Positions 15,772-25,552 of a stretch of 64,000 nucleotides of DNA are shown here, in pieces. Made by a program: the position numbers and the translations under genes. The DNA lies in contig JACRCC010000048.1 of NCBI GenBank assembly GCA_016234405.1, positions 28,968 through 92,967 of the forward strand, read 5' to 3'. Within the stretch, counting starts at the first letter, position 1. Every line of letters begins with the position of its first letter. The DNA is from Deltaproteobacteria bacterium. Lineage in GTDB: Bacteria; Desulfobacterota; GWC2-55-46. The notes beneath the pieces are model-generated. The model worked only from the letters and a program-made list of their open reading frames with translations. It made no database searches and was not told the DNA's origin.

Positions 15772-18700
15772 CTTTCTCCCTCCTTTCCGTCGTCTGTGCG
15801 GTCTGTCCGGTTATTACGTTTGTCATGAAGAAACAAGAACGCAGCGGCAAAAACACTCATTGAAAAAACCGAGTAAAAAACAGACAAGGCCGCTTTGAAG
15901 AGCGCAGGCTCAAAAACGAATGTTATCTCGTTTGTGCCCTTTATCAGCGGGATGGCCTTGAAATTGACGTTTGCCCTGTAGATACCGGTCTCTACCCCGT
16001 TTACATAAGCCTTCCATGATTTATCAAAACCGTCCGACCAATAAAGGAAACCGTCCTCGTCGGACACGGCAGTAATCCGGATAGAGTTGTAATCGTAGTC
16101 ATGCACCGTGTATCTGAATGGATTTTTTAGGGGGCCGCCGCTTGGGACAACCGCCGGCTGCCCCCCGCCGGCCTCTTGCGAGAGTATGACGGTATCCTCT
16201 AAAAATCTGACGCCTTCCTCTGGCGTCATTTTTGCGAAGAAATTCCGCAAGCCATCATCTCCAACCCTGCGCGCATGTCTCTTGAACTGGAACTGCGGCT
16301 CGCCTATCGCAAAGGTTTTTTCAATGACCTGATGAGGCGCCCCTGAGTGTATGAGTTTGTAATAATTGCTCGTCAAAAGAAAACTGCTCCATCTTTTCAT
16401 TCTCAAACCGTACTCAAATGTCTTTTCCCTGAGCGGTATGTATTGAATTGCCGCGTCTTTGAATATTGCATCAGACCTTGCCTCCGACTTCACGTTCAGG
16501 GTAAAAAAAACGGCATCAACGCCGCCATCAATGTGTTTTTCCACGGTCAGGGTTTCCCACTCGCCGGAATTGCCGTATGAAACGGTTTTAACCGGCAAGA
16601 CGCCGTCCTGAACGTCTATCTGGACGCCGCCCGGCGCCTGTGACATGCTCTTGGCCTTTACGGAAAACCAGACATACGCGTCCTTTACCGAACCGGATGA
16701 ACTTCTGAACTGAACGAGCGAATTACCCTCGGACGAAGGGCTGATACTCATGATGACTGAGCCGTCGGACATTTTTTTTTCTTTAAACTCTCCGCCGTCG
16801 CCGTCCTGGCTGTATGTTAAAGGCAGGTCGAAAAACTTCTTAGACGCCGACGTTTTAACCAGCGTAATTTTCTTGCCGGTGTAGTCTATCGGTTCATCGG
16901 GCATGACCGTTGAAAGGGCATCCGCCTTGCGATGCAGTACCGACAGATACCTCATTGACTGTTCCCCTTGCAACTGAGACGGCTCAATGTAAACCGACCG
17001 CTGCCAAAACCAATCAGGTCTTTGCGGCGTGGTTCGCACCTTGTAGGCGCCGCCGGGGTGTTTTGCGGACTCATAAAGAAATGATGTCTTTCTCAGGCTG
17101 AACGTGAGGTCGAGGAGCAGGCATATATAAAATATGACAAGCGCGAGGGCAAAAAAATATCCGTTAAAGAGACCTTTAGAGGACGATCTTTTGTTGATAA
17201 TTTTCAATATCAAAAAAACCGTAATAGGGATGAGGAGCGATACCGCCATGTACTTCAGGAATTTATGGGCGTTGTTTGAAAAGACTAAAACGGCTGCGAC
17301 GTGCAGGACAACCGCTCCCGCGTAAAGCCGCTTGGAGCCGATCGTTTTCCACAACAGCAGAAAAGTCAGAATACCCAAAGGAATAAAGACGGATAGATAC
17401 TCGCTTACAAATTTAGCGAGTTCCTTCACGGCCGTATATCCGAACATCATGTATGCAGCGGCCCCTAACGCTAAGACTACGACGGCGGAGGGCGCCGCAT
17501 ATTTCTTGAGGTCAACTTCGGTTTTACCGGGAAAGATATCCGTTTCCCATGTCTTGAAAAGGTGATTGAGCCCGATTACATAAAAGAAAAGAAGGGAGAA
17601 TATGAAGAAAAGCACGAAGGTGTGCGTGTGCCTCACGAACCACATCGGAGGATAGACGTAATAAAGCGCCTTGTGCAGACCGCCTGCGGGCCCGAGCATA
17701 AGAAGCGCGGTCGCGGCAAGGACAAATAACCATACTCGCTTGAGTTCATGAGTCCCTGCTATGACGCCGATGAGGGAAATCGCCCACGGCAGAAAACCGA
17801 GATACATGTAGGCCTCTGACGGTTTCCCCCACAAACTCCGATTAGGCCACCGTATGTGGTCATTTCCGTCAGGCGCTATCAGCTGTATGAAGTCGCTGAT
17901 ATGAGAAAACGTCCCGGTGTGAGCAATGAGTTTATAGGGCATGATTATGCCGGAAACCGGCAACGAAGACGGCCCTGACTCATACTGGACAGGGCCTCCG
18001 AGAGGCGGCTTATTTTCATACGCGTCATCCACCATCCGCGCAGGAAAGACGAATTTGCCCTTTTCGGCGAACAAAACGACGTCGGGCGCGGCCATCATGA
18101 CGACTATCAATAAGGCTGCGCCTGCCCTAAGAACCGATGGCCGCGTATTCCGGAAGTCCCGCAAAAGGTCAATCCTAAAGATGCAAACCCCGGCAACGAA
18201 AAAAAGGGAAAAAATCCATGCCCCCGTAAAGAAGTACGACTGCCAGTTGAGACCGGTCACCGCGCCGAGCATAAGATAGTTGTGCCAACTGTGGTCTTTC
18301 TCCCAGATGATGTTGAGGAAGAAGTATGTGATGTACGGGACCCAGATGAACTGGTTGAGTATCGCATCCTGCCTAAAAGAACCTAGCATAAAAGAGGAAA
18401 AAAGGAGTATGGGGATGATGCTCGCGCGCGTAAAGACGTTTAGCGCAAAACGTCTCAACACGATATGAACGCCAAACGCCGTTACAAGCAGCTCGATAAA
18501 CCTATTCCAGTTAAAGAGCATAACGATGTCGTTTGTCACAAACCTGCCGAGCAAAATCGTCAGCCATGCGGCCGGCTCATAAAACCTTAACTGTGCGAGC
18601 GCCGGATAGAAAGGCTCGCCGCCGTGACTGAACGGATTCCAGTAAGGCAGCCTCAAACTCATGAGGTTTTCGGCAAAAAATTGATATATCGGGTAATTCC

Positions 18701-18872
18701 AGTAGAGGTTGTCGTGGATGAGGGTTGTCTCTCCGGTGATGAGCATCTTCCTTAGCGTATAGACGAGAAAGAGGGTCGAGACCGCCGCCGCGCACAACTC
18801 TATTGTGAGCGTATGCCTGTCAAATATCTTGCTGAGTTTATTGCCGGAATCCATCATGGGTGATTTTGGCAA
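15768..18872 (-). CDS. YfhO-family membrane protein, paralog 3, with CBM4/9-like insert
   Basis: 1034 aa; HDNLYWNYPIYQFFAENL…PYWNPFSHGGEPFY N-terminal signature and GFDKSWKAYVNGVE C-terminal signature. Internal SPSSEGNSLVQF…VQIDVQDG is homologous to the paralog-2 insert. Confidence 0.5.
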   Translation of the reverse strand: MPKSPMMDSGNKLSKIFDRHTLTIELCAAAVSTLFLVYTLRKMLITGETTLIHDNLYWNYPIYQFFAENLMSLRLPYWNPFSHGGEPFYPALAQLRFYEPAAWLTILLGRFVTNDIVMLFNWNRFIELLVTAFGVHIVLRRFALNVFTRASIIPILLFSSFMLGSFRQDAILNQFIWVPYITYFFLNIIWEKDHSWHNYLMLGAVTGLNWQSYFFTGAWIFSLFFVAGVCIFRIDLLRDFRNTRPSVLRAGAALLIVVMMAAPDVVLFAEKGKFVFPARMVDDAYENKPPLGGPVQYESGPSSLPVSGIIMPYKLIAHTGTFSHISDFIQLIAPDGNDHIRWPNRSLWGKPSEAYMYLGFLPWAISLIGVIAGTHELKRVWLFVLAATALLMLGPAGGLHKALYYVYPPMWFVRHTHTFVLFFIFSLLFFYVIGLNHLFKTWETDIFPGKTEVDLKKYAAPSAVVVLALGAAAYMMFGYTAVKELAKFVSEYLSVFIPLGILTFLLLWKTIGSKRLYAGAVVLHVAAVLVFSNNAHKFLKYMAVSLLIPITVFLILKIINKRSSSKGLFNGYFFALALVIFYICLLLDLTFSLRKTSFLYESAKHPGGAYKVRTTPQRPDWFWQRSVYIEPSQLQGEQSMRYLSVLHRKADALSTVMPDEPIDYTGKKITLVKTSASKKFFDLPLTYSQDGDGGEFKEKKMSDGSVIMSISPSSEGNSLVQFRSSSGSVKDAYVWFSVKAKSMSQAPGGVQIDVQDGVLPVKTVSYGNSGEWETLTVEKHIDGGVDAVFFTLNVKSEARSDAIFKDAAIQYIPLREKTFEYGLRMKRWSSFLLTSNYYKLIHSGAPHQVIEKTFAIGEPQFQFKRHARRVGDDGLRNFFAKMTPEEGVRFLEDTVILSQEAGGGQPAVVPSGGPLKNPFRYTVHDYDYNSIRITAVSDEDGFLYWSDGFDKSWKAYVNGVETGIYRANVNFKAIPLIKGTNEITFVFEPALFKAALSVFYSVFSMSVFAAAFLFLHDKRNNRTDRTDDGKEGER

Positions 18873-18884
18873 GCCTTCGAGTTC

Positions 18885-20456
18885 TTATTGCCTAATCCCT
18901 TTGAAAAAGAACTTGCGGCACATGGAACTCGCAATGAGGTAATAAAACACCCTAAAAAAAACAGTGCCGCCCAAGAGGGTAAGCTCGATGAGCGTCTTCA
19001 ACGACTTCATGTCTTTGTTTGAGACCTCGAACCATTTGCCGCTCCCGCTCTGCTTAGGGTTGAAAAGATTTTTCAGATTGGTCCAATTCAGGTAAAAAAG
19101 GAGATTCGCAAGGAGCACCGTGCCCTCGAGTTCTTTATCCGTAGACCCCTCAGGCACATAAGGCAACGGAGACCTTTTAAAAAGCCCGCCGGTGACAGCC
19201 CCGGCTGAGCTGAAGTTCGCCCACATCGGCTCGACCTTCAATCTATCCCTGACCATTTCATACATGGCGGTGCCGGGATACGGGGTGGCGTTATTGAAGC
19301 GTGCCCTGTCCAGACCGATTTCTTGCGCCAACCTCAGCGCCTTGAGCCTGTCATCGAAAGTTTCGGTGGGAAAACCGAATATAAACGTCGCTTCAACCGC
19401 AAAACCCATGTCCTTCCCGAGCCTTATTGCGTCTACGTTCTCTTTGACCGTTTCTTTTTTGTTGATGAGCAGCATGAGATTTTCGGAGGCGGTCTCGACG
19501 CCGAACATAAGGCTTCCGAAGTTGGCCTCCCGCATCGCCTTCATCAAAGGACGGTCTATGCTGTCGCCGCGCGTCTGAACCCCGAAAGACGCCTTCTTGT
19601 GAAAACCCCTCTTTTTTATAAGCTCGCACAGTTCAAACACGCGCTCCCTGTTCCCGGTAAAATAGTCGTCAAAGAAAGTAATGTTTGGCTGTTTGAGCGT
19701 GTTGATGAGGTAGTCGAGCTCCGCGATGACCCTTTCCGAGGAAATATATCTATACCTTCTTTTGGTTATGACCCTCTGAGAGCAGAATATGCAATCAAAA
19801 GGGCATCCCCTCGACGTCAGGATGAAGCCGAGGTTATAACGGGTCGGGTCGTACATGTCGTACGGGAATATCGGCACGTCGTCTACGTTTACGGTCCTCT
19901 CAGACGGTTTCGCATAGACGATGCGACCGTCGGCCGGTTCGATAAAGCCGATGTTCTCAAGCCTGTCTTTATCTATGTTCCCGCCCTTTATCTGATTAAG
20001 AAGTTCGAGGAAGGTATACTCGCCCTCGCCCTTTACGACGAAATCCACGCAGCCGCTTCGCAACACCTCATCAGGCATGACCGTTGCGTGAATGCCGCCG
20101 AAGACAATGACGGCGTCTTTGTCAACCGATTTAACGAGCCTTGCTATCCTATACCCGCTCGCGACATTAGCGGTCATCACGCTTATGCCTACGACCCGCG
20201 GGCGATTGCAGCCGTTGAGTATCTCCGTGATACTTGCCCTGTCAAGGTCTACAAGCTCATTGTCTACAATCCTTACGGAGTGTCCTTTTGACCTTAAAAA
20301 GCCGGCAAGGATGCCTATACCTATCGGAACGCTTCTCGGCACGAACCTCTTGAACCTCCCAAGCTGCTCGTTGAACGGCGACACGAGGACGACGTCGTGC
20401 ATTAAATCCTCCATTGCAGGATTAATAAACGCATTCATGATGAACGCGCAAGTCAA
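18885..20456 (-). CDS. cobalamin(B12)-binding-domain radical SAM protein (class B radical SAM, methyltransferase-like)
   Basis: N-terminal B12-binding-like Rossmann segment (VVGISVMTANVASGY…VIVFGGIHAT) followed by TSRGCPFDCIFCSQ (CxxxCxxC). Confidence 0.65.
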   Translation of the reverse strand: MTCAFIMNAFINPAMEDLMHDVVLVSPFNEQLGRFKRFVPRSVPIGIGILAGFLRSKGHSVRIVDNELVDLDRASITEILNGCNRPRVVGISVMTANVASGYRIARLVKSVDKDAVIVFGGIHATVMPDEVLRSGCVDFVVKGEGEYTFLELLNQIKGGNIDKDRLENIGFIEPADGRIVYAKPSERTVNVDDVPIFPYDMYDPTRYNLGFILTSRGCPFDCIFCSQRVITKRRYRYISSERVIAELDYLINTLKQPNITFFDDYFTGNRERVFELCELIKKRGFHKKASFGVQTRGDSIDRPLMKAMREANFGSLMFGVETASENLMLLINKKETVKENVDAIRLGKDMGFAVEATFIFGFPTETFDDRLKALRLAQEIGLDRARFNNATPYPGTAMYEMVRDRLKVEPMWANFSSAGAVTGGLFKRSPLPYVPEGSTDKELEGTVLLANLLFYLNWTNLKNLFNPKQSGSGKWFEVSNKDMKSLKTLIELTLLGGTVFFRVFYYLIASSMCRKFFFKGIRQ

Positions 20457-20799
20457 ACCGGGCCGTCATTCATGGTGAAGTTCAAAGGATGTAAACCGCG
20501 CAGGAGCGCTATGGTGCGGAGATGTGTCTCTTGGAGGAGCGTCTAAGGTGAGTTTCTTGTTGATGTGCCTATGCGGTGACGTTGCGAGATACGTCTATAC
20601 TTAACATGGAATTTGAACAAAGAGCCGAGTTAATCAAGTTAACTTGAACATGGCTGCGACAAAACGGCCTCATTCGGCGGCATTGCCTTTTTTCATCTTA
20701 TTTGAACTGCAGGCTGGTCATACGCGCTGACGGCGCTACGTTGAGCATGATGCAATTATAGCGGTGGAAAAGGCGTTGTCAAGTCCCCGTGAAAAATCA

Positions 20800-20841
20800 A
20801 ACAAAAAAAACGCTTAGGGCCATCGTAAATAAGCCCTAAGC
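20800..20841 (-). terminator. rho-independent terminator downstream of the DUF1858 gene (minus strand)
   Basis: Hairpin gcttagggc / gccctaagc (9-bp stem, 12-nt loop), followed on the minus strand by an 8-T run. Confidence 0.4.
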
Positions 20842-20901
20842 GTCTAACGTTTAAACCTGAAATGAACATCTTTGAAGGATTGGCACACCGCTCATCTGTT
20901 T

Positions 20902-21114
20902 TCAGTTCTTCTTGGCAGCCTCGATAAGCTCTCCGACGAACACATTGACGTCCGTCGAGTGCATGGTGCACGCCATCGAAATCGGTTCGCCGCCGAAGGC
21001 AGGGCAGGTAAAGCAACCCGTGCCGAAGTGCTTGCTGAAAACCTCTTTGGTTTTAGGCCACCTTGTCGTAACCTCGCCCGTAGTCATGTCGCCCGTTATA
21101 TTTATCTCTGACAT
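20902..21114 (-). CDS. DUF1858-domain protein (hybrid-cluster-protein-associated redox disulfide domain family)
   Basis: 70 aa; DMTTGEV…FGTGCFTCPAFGGEPISMAC…VNVFVGEL fits the DUF1858 pattern (GxxCxxCP core). Preceded by a GGAGG RBS. Confidence 0.5.
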   Translation of the reverse strand: MSEINITGDMTTGEVTTRWPKTKEVFSKHFGTGCFTCPAFGGEPISMACTMHSTDVNVFVGELIEAAKKN

Positions 21115-21239
21115 CTAAGACCCTCCTTCTACGAATTATCGGCATCATTGGTAGAGTATATCCCGATGCCTTTTTAGATTATATGATTTTCATCATAAAA
21201 AATCAATGGGGTTACCATGTCCACCTTGCCGATGACGTT

Positions 21240-24200
21240 TCATTTGGCAGTGATTATTTCCGAAGACTGCTCCTGCGCAGCTACGGACTTAGGGGAAATT
21301 ACCCCTTTGCGCCCAAAAATCTTTAAGGCGCCTATGTCGTCGAGGATAGAATAAAACACCGGCACCACGGCAAGGGTAACGAGAAGGCACATGGCCTGCC
21401 CTCCGACTACGACTATCGCCATGGATGCGCGCGACGACGAGCCGTCGCCTTGTCCGAGCGTTACCGGCAGCATCCCCGCGATAATCGCGAGCGTGGTCAT
21501 GAGTATGGGGCGCAGACGCACCTTGTTGGCCAGCATCTGGGCGGCGAACTTATCCATGCCCCTGCCCCTCAACGTGTTGGTGTAGTCAATCTGGAGTATC
21601 GCGTTTTTCTTTACGACCCCGATGAGGATGAATAGCCCCATCACGCTGTAGATGTTGATTGAATTGCCGGCCATGATGAGGCTCAAGATCCCGAACGGTA
21701 TGCTGAGGAATATGGATACCATGATCGTTACGGGATGTAGAAAACTCTCAAACTGGGCCGCAAGCACCATGTAAATGAATATGATGGACAGGACAAACGC
21801 TACCGCAAAATTGAAAAACGCCTCCTGCATTATCTTGGCCCTTCCTATAAAAGTCGTGCCGTATTCCTGCGGAAGGTTTAGCTCAACGAGGGCTTTATTT
21901 GCCGCGGCAGTTGCCGAGCCGAGCGGGAGGTTGTAGAGGTTCGATATGACGGTGATTTGCCGCTCCTGCGCGTACCTGTCAATCTGCCCGGGACTCATGC
22001 CTTCGGAGAGCGCAGCAAGGTTGTCGAGCCTTACGAGTCTGCCTTGACTCCCCGGCACCGTCAGCCTCGATATGGTTGCCGCGTCTTTCCTGTAGTCCGC
22101 CATGACGCGCAGCCGCACATTATACTGCTCATCCCCTTCCCTGTAAAACGACACCCTCTCGCCGCCGACAAAAGTGCGCAGCGACGCGGCTATCGCCTCG
22201 ACCTTGACGCCAAGGTCAGAGGCCTTTTGCCTGTCAATATGCACCTGCACCTCAGGGTGTCTGCGCGCCTGACCCGTGTCCGTGTCAACGAAGCCGGGGA
22301 TTGATTTAAGTTTTTTTATCATGGCGGCGGAATACTCGTCGAGCTTGGAAAGCTCAGGGCCGCGTATTACGAAGTTAAACGGTGTGGCCCTGAACCCGCC
22401 GCCGGATATCATGCTGATGGTCTGAACGCCGGCGCGCAGCTCCGGAAACTTCAGCATGGCGCTGCGGGCGTCCTGCATGATTTCGTTTTGGGTGCGGCTG
22501 CGCGCGCTCATGTGCTTCAAGCCGACATATATGGAGGCGTCCGTAACGTTGGAAAGATACTGTCCGCGCACGCCGATGTTGGTGAACAGACGCTCGACCT
22601 CAGGAATTTTTTTTACCTCGACCTCGACGGCAGTGAGGAGGAGCGCGCTCTTTTCAAGGGACGAGCCTGCGGGTGTCTCGACGACTATCTCAAATTCGCT
22701 CATGTCGTCGTCCACGATGAACTCTTTTTTAGCGATGCCTCCGAGCAATATCGTGGAGAGGAATATCCCGACCGCGACAACGGCGACGATAGCGCGATGG
22801 TTGAGACACCACCTGAGAAGAGCGAGGTATGCCCCCTCCATCTTGGAGTAAAACCACGAGTCCTTGGCCTCGGTCTTCTTTTCCTTGAGGAGGCGGGACG
22901 AGAGCATGGGCGTCAAGGTGAAGGCCACGAGAAGGGATATCATAATCGAAAACGTCGCGGTAAGACCGAAACTCTTCCAGAACCTGCCCACAAGCCCGGA
23001 CATGAAGGCCACCGGCAGGAAAATCACCACGAGCGAAATGGTCGTTGCCATGACCGCAAGGGAAATCTCCCTTGTGCCGTGGATGGCCGCGTCAACCGGG
23101 CTTCTCTTCTCCTCCTCAATATGTCTGAAGATGTTCTCGATGACGATTATCGCGTCGTCAATGACTATGCCTGTGCAGACCGAGAGGGCCAAGAGCGTCA
23201 TGTTGTTGAGCGTAAAGCCCAGAAACCTCATTGCCGTAAACGTCCCTATGATGGACGCCGGTATCGCAAGCGCGGCGATGAGCGCGGCCCTCCAGTTGCG
23301 GATGAAAAAGAGTATAATGACGCTTGCGAAGATTGACCCCAATATGAGGTGTTCCTCGACCTGAGCCACGGATTTTTTTATGAATTTGGATTGATCGGTT
23401 ACGATCTGAATCTGTATGTCCGGGGGCAGCGTGGTCTTTATATATTTAAGCGCGTCTTTTACGCTTTCGGCCACCTTGACGGTGTTGGTGCCCGACTGCT
23501 TGCGGACAAACAGCGTAACGGCGTTCATGCCGTCAAGCCGGGATAAAGACCTCGGTTCTTCCTCGCCGTCAACGGCGCGTCCAACGTCTTTGATGCGCAC
23601 GGGCGCGCCTTTATAATCTGCTACGATGAGTCCGTTGAACCCCTCCACGCTTTCAACCCTGCCCATCGTGCGCAGCCCCTCTTCATGGCCGCCCCACGTT
23701 ATTCGCCCTCCGGGGACCTCTACGTTTTGCCGCCTGAGGCTGTCCTTGACATTTATAATTGAAAGGTTATAGGCGTTGAGGCGCTCCGGGTCTATGAAGA
23801 CCTGCACCTCGCGTTTTCTGCCGCCCACGACGGCAACTGCGCCGATGTCTTTAATGCCCTCGAGATGGCGCTTGATTTTCTTTTCGGAAATCTCGGTTAC
23901 TTCCCTCGCGCTGCGTTTTCCGGAGACCACGAGCGACATGACCGGGGCGGAGTCGGGGTCGAATTTTTCGATTATCGGGGGGTCTGTGCCAGGGGGGAAC
24001 GCGGCCGACGCGGCGCCGACCTTTTCTCTAACGTCGTTGGCAGCCGCGTCTATGCTCCGTTCAAGGAGAAACGTGACGAAGACCTGCGACTGGCCTTCGA
24101 TGGTGGTGCTCCTGAGTTCATCAACGCCGTTTATCGTGTTTACGGCCTCTTCGACCCTCTTGGTTATCTGGCTTTCAATCTCCTCGGGGCTGGCGCCGTC

Positions 24201-24353
24201 GAGCCGGGTCGTGATGGTTACGGTCGGGAGGTCCACCTTTGGGAATATGTCAACGCCAAGCTCCCTGTAAGACGCAAGGCCCAGCACCACGAGGCTCAAT
24301 ATCAGCATCGTCGTGAAGACCGGCCTTTTTATGCAGAGTTCATAAAGAGACAT
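21240..24353 (-). CDS. RND multidrug efflux transporter, inner-membrane permease (AcrB/HAE1 family)
   Basis: 1037 aa; N-terminal MSLYELCIKRPVFTTMLILSLVVLGLASYRELGVDIFPKVDLPTVTITT is typical of AcrB. 12-TM architecture with two large periplasmic loops. Confidence 0.85.
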   Translation of the reverse strand: MSLYELCIKRPVFTTMLILSLVVLGLASYRELGVDIFPKVDLPTVTITTRLDGASPEEIESQITKRVEEAVNTINGVDELRSTTIEGQSQVFVTFLLERSIDAAANDVREKVGAASAAFPPGTDPPIIEKFDPDSAPVMSLVVSGKRSAREVTEISEKKIKRHLEGIKDIGAVAVVGGRKREVQVFIDPERLNAYNLSIINVKDSLRRQNVEVPGGRITWGGHEEGLRTMGRVESVEGFNGLIVADYKGAPVRIKDVGRAVDGEEEPRSLSRLDGMNAVTLFVRKQSGTNTVKVAESVKDALKYIKTTLPPDIQIQIVTDQSKFIKKSVAQVEEHLILGSIFASVIILFFIRNWRAALIAALAIPASIIGTFTAMRFLGFTLNNMTLLALSVCTGIVIDDAIIVIENIFRHIEEEKRSPVDAAIHGTREISLAVMATTISLVVIFLPVAFMSGLVGRFWKSFGLTATFSIMISLLVAFTLTPMLSSRLLKEKKTEAKDSWFYSKMEGAYLALLRWCLNHRAIVAVVAVGIFLSTILLGGIAKKEFIVDDDMSEFEIVVETPAGSSLEKSALLLTAVEVEVKKIPEVERLFTNIGVRGQYLSNVTDASIYVGLKHMSARSRTQNEIMQDARSAMLKFPELRAGVQTISMISGGGFRATPFNFVIRGPELSKLDEYSAAMIKKLKSIPGFVDTDTGQARRHPEVQVHIDRQKASDLGVKVEAIAASLRTFVGGERVSFYREGDEQYNVRLRVMADYRKDAATISRLTVPGSQGRLVRLDNLAALSEGMSPGQIDRYAQERQITVISNLYNLPLGSATAAANKALVELNLPQEYGTTFIGRAKIMQEAFFNFAVAFVLSIIFIYMVLAAQFESFLHPVTIMVSIFLSIPFGILSLIMAGNSINIYSVMGLFILIGVVKKNAILQIDYTNTLRGRGMDKFAAQMLANKVRLRPILMTTLAIIAGMLPVTLGQGDGSSSRASMAIVVVGGQAMCLLVTLAVVPVFYSILDDIGALKIFGRKGVISPKSVAAQEQSSEIITAK

Positions 24354-24415
24354 AATAAGTTGGTTATCGGTTTAAGGATAATTATTCTTTCACCTTCACC
24401 GGTAACTTTTTTATA

Positions 24416-25552
24416 TTACTTCCCTGAAACATTAACCCGCGCCCCGTCAAAGAGGGTCGAGAGGTTGGATATCGCCACGGTCTCGCCGGGCGCTATATTG
24501 CCGAGCACCTCAAGCATGCCCTCGGACTTCATGCCGATGTTGACCCTGCGCTCCCGCGCAAGACCGTCTGCGATGACAAATATCTTATTTACGCCTACGA
24601 AGGAATACACTGCCCCCTCCGGCACGAACGGCACGCCTGACTCTTTTTTCGTGATGATGACGCCCTTTGCGAAAAACCCGGGTTTGAGCGCCCTGTCGCG
24701 GTTCGGTATAACCGCCTCCACCTCGAGCGTGCGCGTCTCGGCGTCAATTGCAGGCGAGATGCGTTTTAACGCGCCCTCGAATACGCGGCCGGCAAAGGCG
24801 TCAACCGTTATGCGCACGGTTTGACCGGCCGCTATATCGGACACCGAGGTCCCTGCGATTGCCGCGCGGAATTTGAGTCTTCCGGTGGACACGACCGTAA
24901 ACATCGCGGACTTGTCCCTGACCGCCTCGCCCACCGAGACGAAACGCTTTTTTATCTCCCCGTCAATCGGCGCGGTTATCACCGTGTCGGAAAGGCGCTT
25001 CTTGAAGAGATTGAGCCTTGCCGCCGACTGCCCGACACGGCCCTCGGCCTCCTTATACTGGGCCTCGGTAACGGCATAGAGGGTCTTTATCGAATCGAAC
25101 TGGCTCTGAGAGACCATTGCGTTCTTATAGAGGTCCTCGTATCGCTTGAGATTCGTCCTTGCGTCCGTAACGCGGGCCTTTTCTTTTTCAAGGGTCTTGA
25201 TGTTCGTGAGGTGAGACGCCGAAGCGTCGGCGAGATTGAGCTTCGCCTCCCTCTGGTCGAGGGTGGCAAGCGTTACGCCGGTCTTTACCGTGTCTCCGAG
25301 ATCCGCTGCGATTGTCGCCACGGCGCCCGGGGCCTCGCTGCTCACGATGACCTCTTCCCACGGCGCCAAGGCGCCGGTGGCCTCGACGCTCCTCTCCACG
25401 GCGCGGCCCTCGACAACGCCCGTCTTTACGGTTAATACCTGAGATGCCGTATTGGCCGTAGTGGAATCCTTTGAACATCCAAGAAGGGCAATGCCCCAGA
25501 CAACTACGGCTATAAGAAGGTATACGGCCGGCCTAAGCGTCTTCATATTCAT
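24416..25552 (-). CDS. RND efflux membrane fusion protein (periplasmic adaptor, HlyD/AcrA family)
   Basis: Signal/anchor, then coiled-coil, lipoyl and beta-barrel segments. Stop/start overlap with the TolC-like gene. Confidence 0.75.
   Translation of the reverse strand: MNMKTLRPAVYLLIAVVVWGIALLGCSKDSTTANTASQVLTVKTGVVEGRAVERSVEATGALAPWEEVIVSSEAPGAVATIAADLGDTVKTGVTLATLDQREAKLNLADASASHLTNIKTLEKEKARVTDARTNLKRYEDLYKNAMVSQSQFDSIKTLYAVTEAQYKEAEGRVGQSAARLNLFKKRLSDTVITAPIDGEIKKRFVSVGEAVRDKSAMFTVVSTGRLKFRAAIAGTSVSDIAAGQTVRITVDAFAGRVFEGALKRISPAIDAETRTLEVEAVIPNRDRALKPGFFAKGVIITKKESGVPFVPEGAVYSFVGVNKIFVIADGLARERRVNIGMKSEGMLEVLGNIAPGETVAISNLSTLFDGARVNVSGK

Noticed and set aside
19323-20291. 322-aa + strand ORF inside the B12-radical SAM gene
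   Set aside because: The opposite (minus) frame carries the CxxxCxxC radical SAM motif and B12-binding motifs. The + frame product is Arg/Val/Pro-rich, typical of antisense frames in GC-rich coding DNA.
20457-20900. Cobalamin riboswitch upstream of the B12-binding radical SAM gene
   Set aside because: No B12-box (GCCACUG) or other recognisable riboswitch core was seen on the relevant strand. Kept only as a 'long leader' observation.
21119-21240. Hairpin ggcatc…gatgcc between the RND pump stop and the DUF1858 start, as a terminator
   Set aside because: On the minus strand the hairpin is not followed by a U-tract. On the + strand there is a T-run but no upstream + strand gene to terminate. 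More likely it is part of the DUF1858 RBS region.
21391-24824. Multiple 60-320-aa + strand ORFs inside the RND pump and membrane-fusion genes
   Set aside because: All are antisense to genes with unambiguous AcrB/MFP architecture, and all have GC-rich antisense composition.
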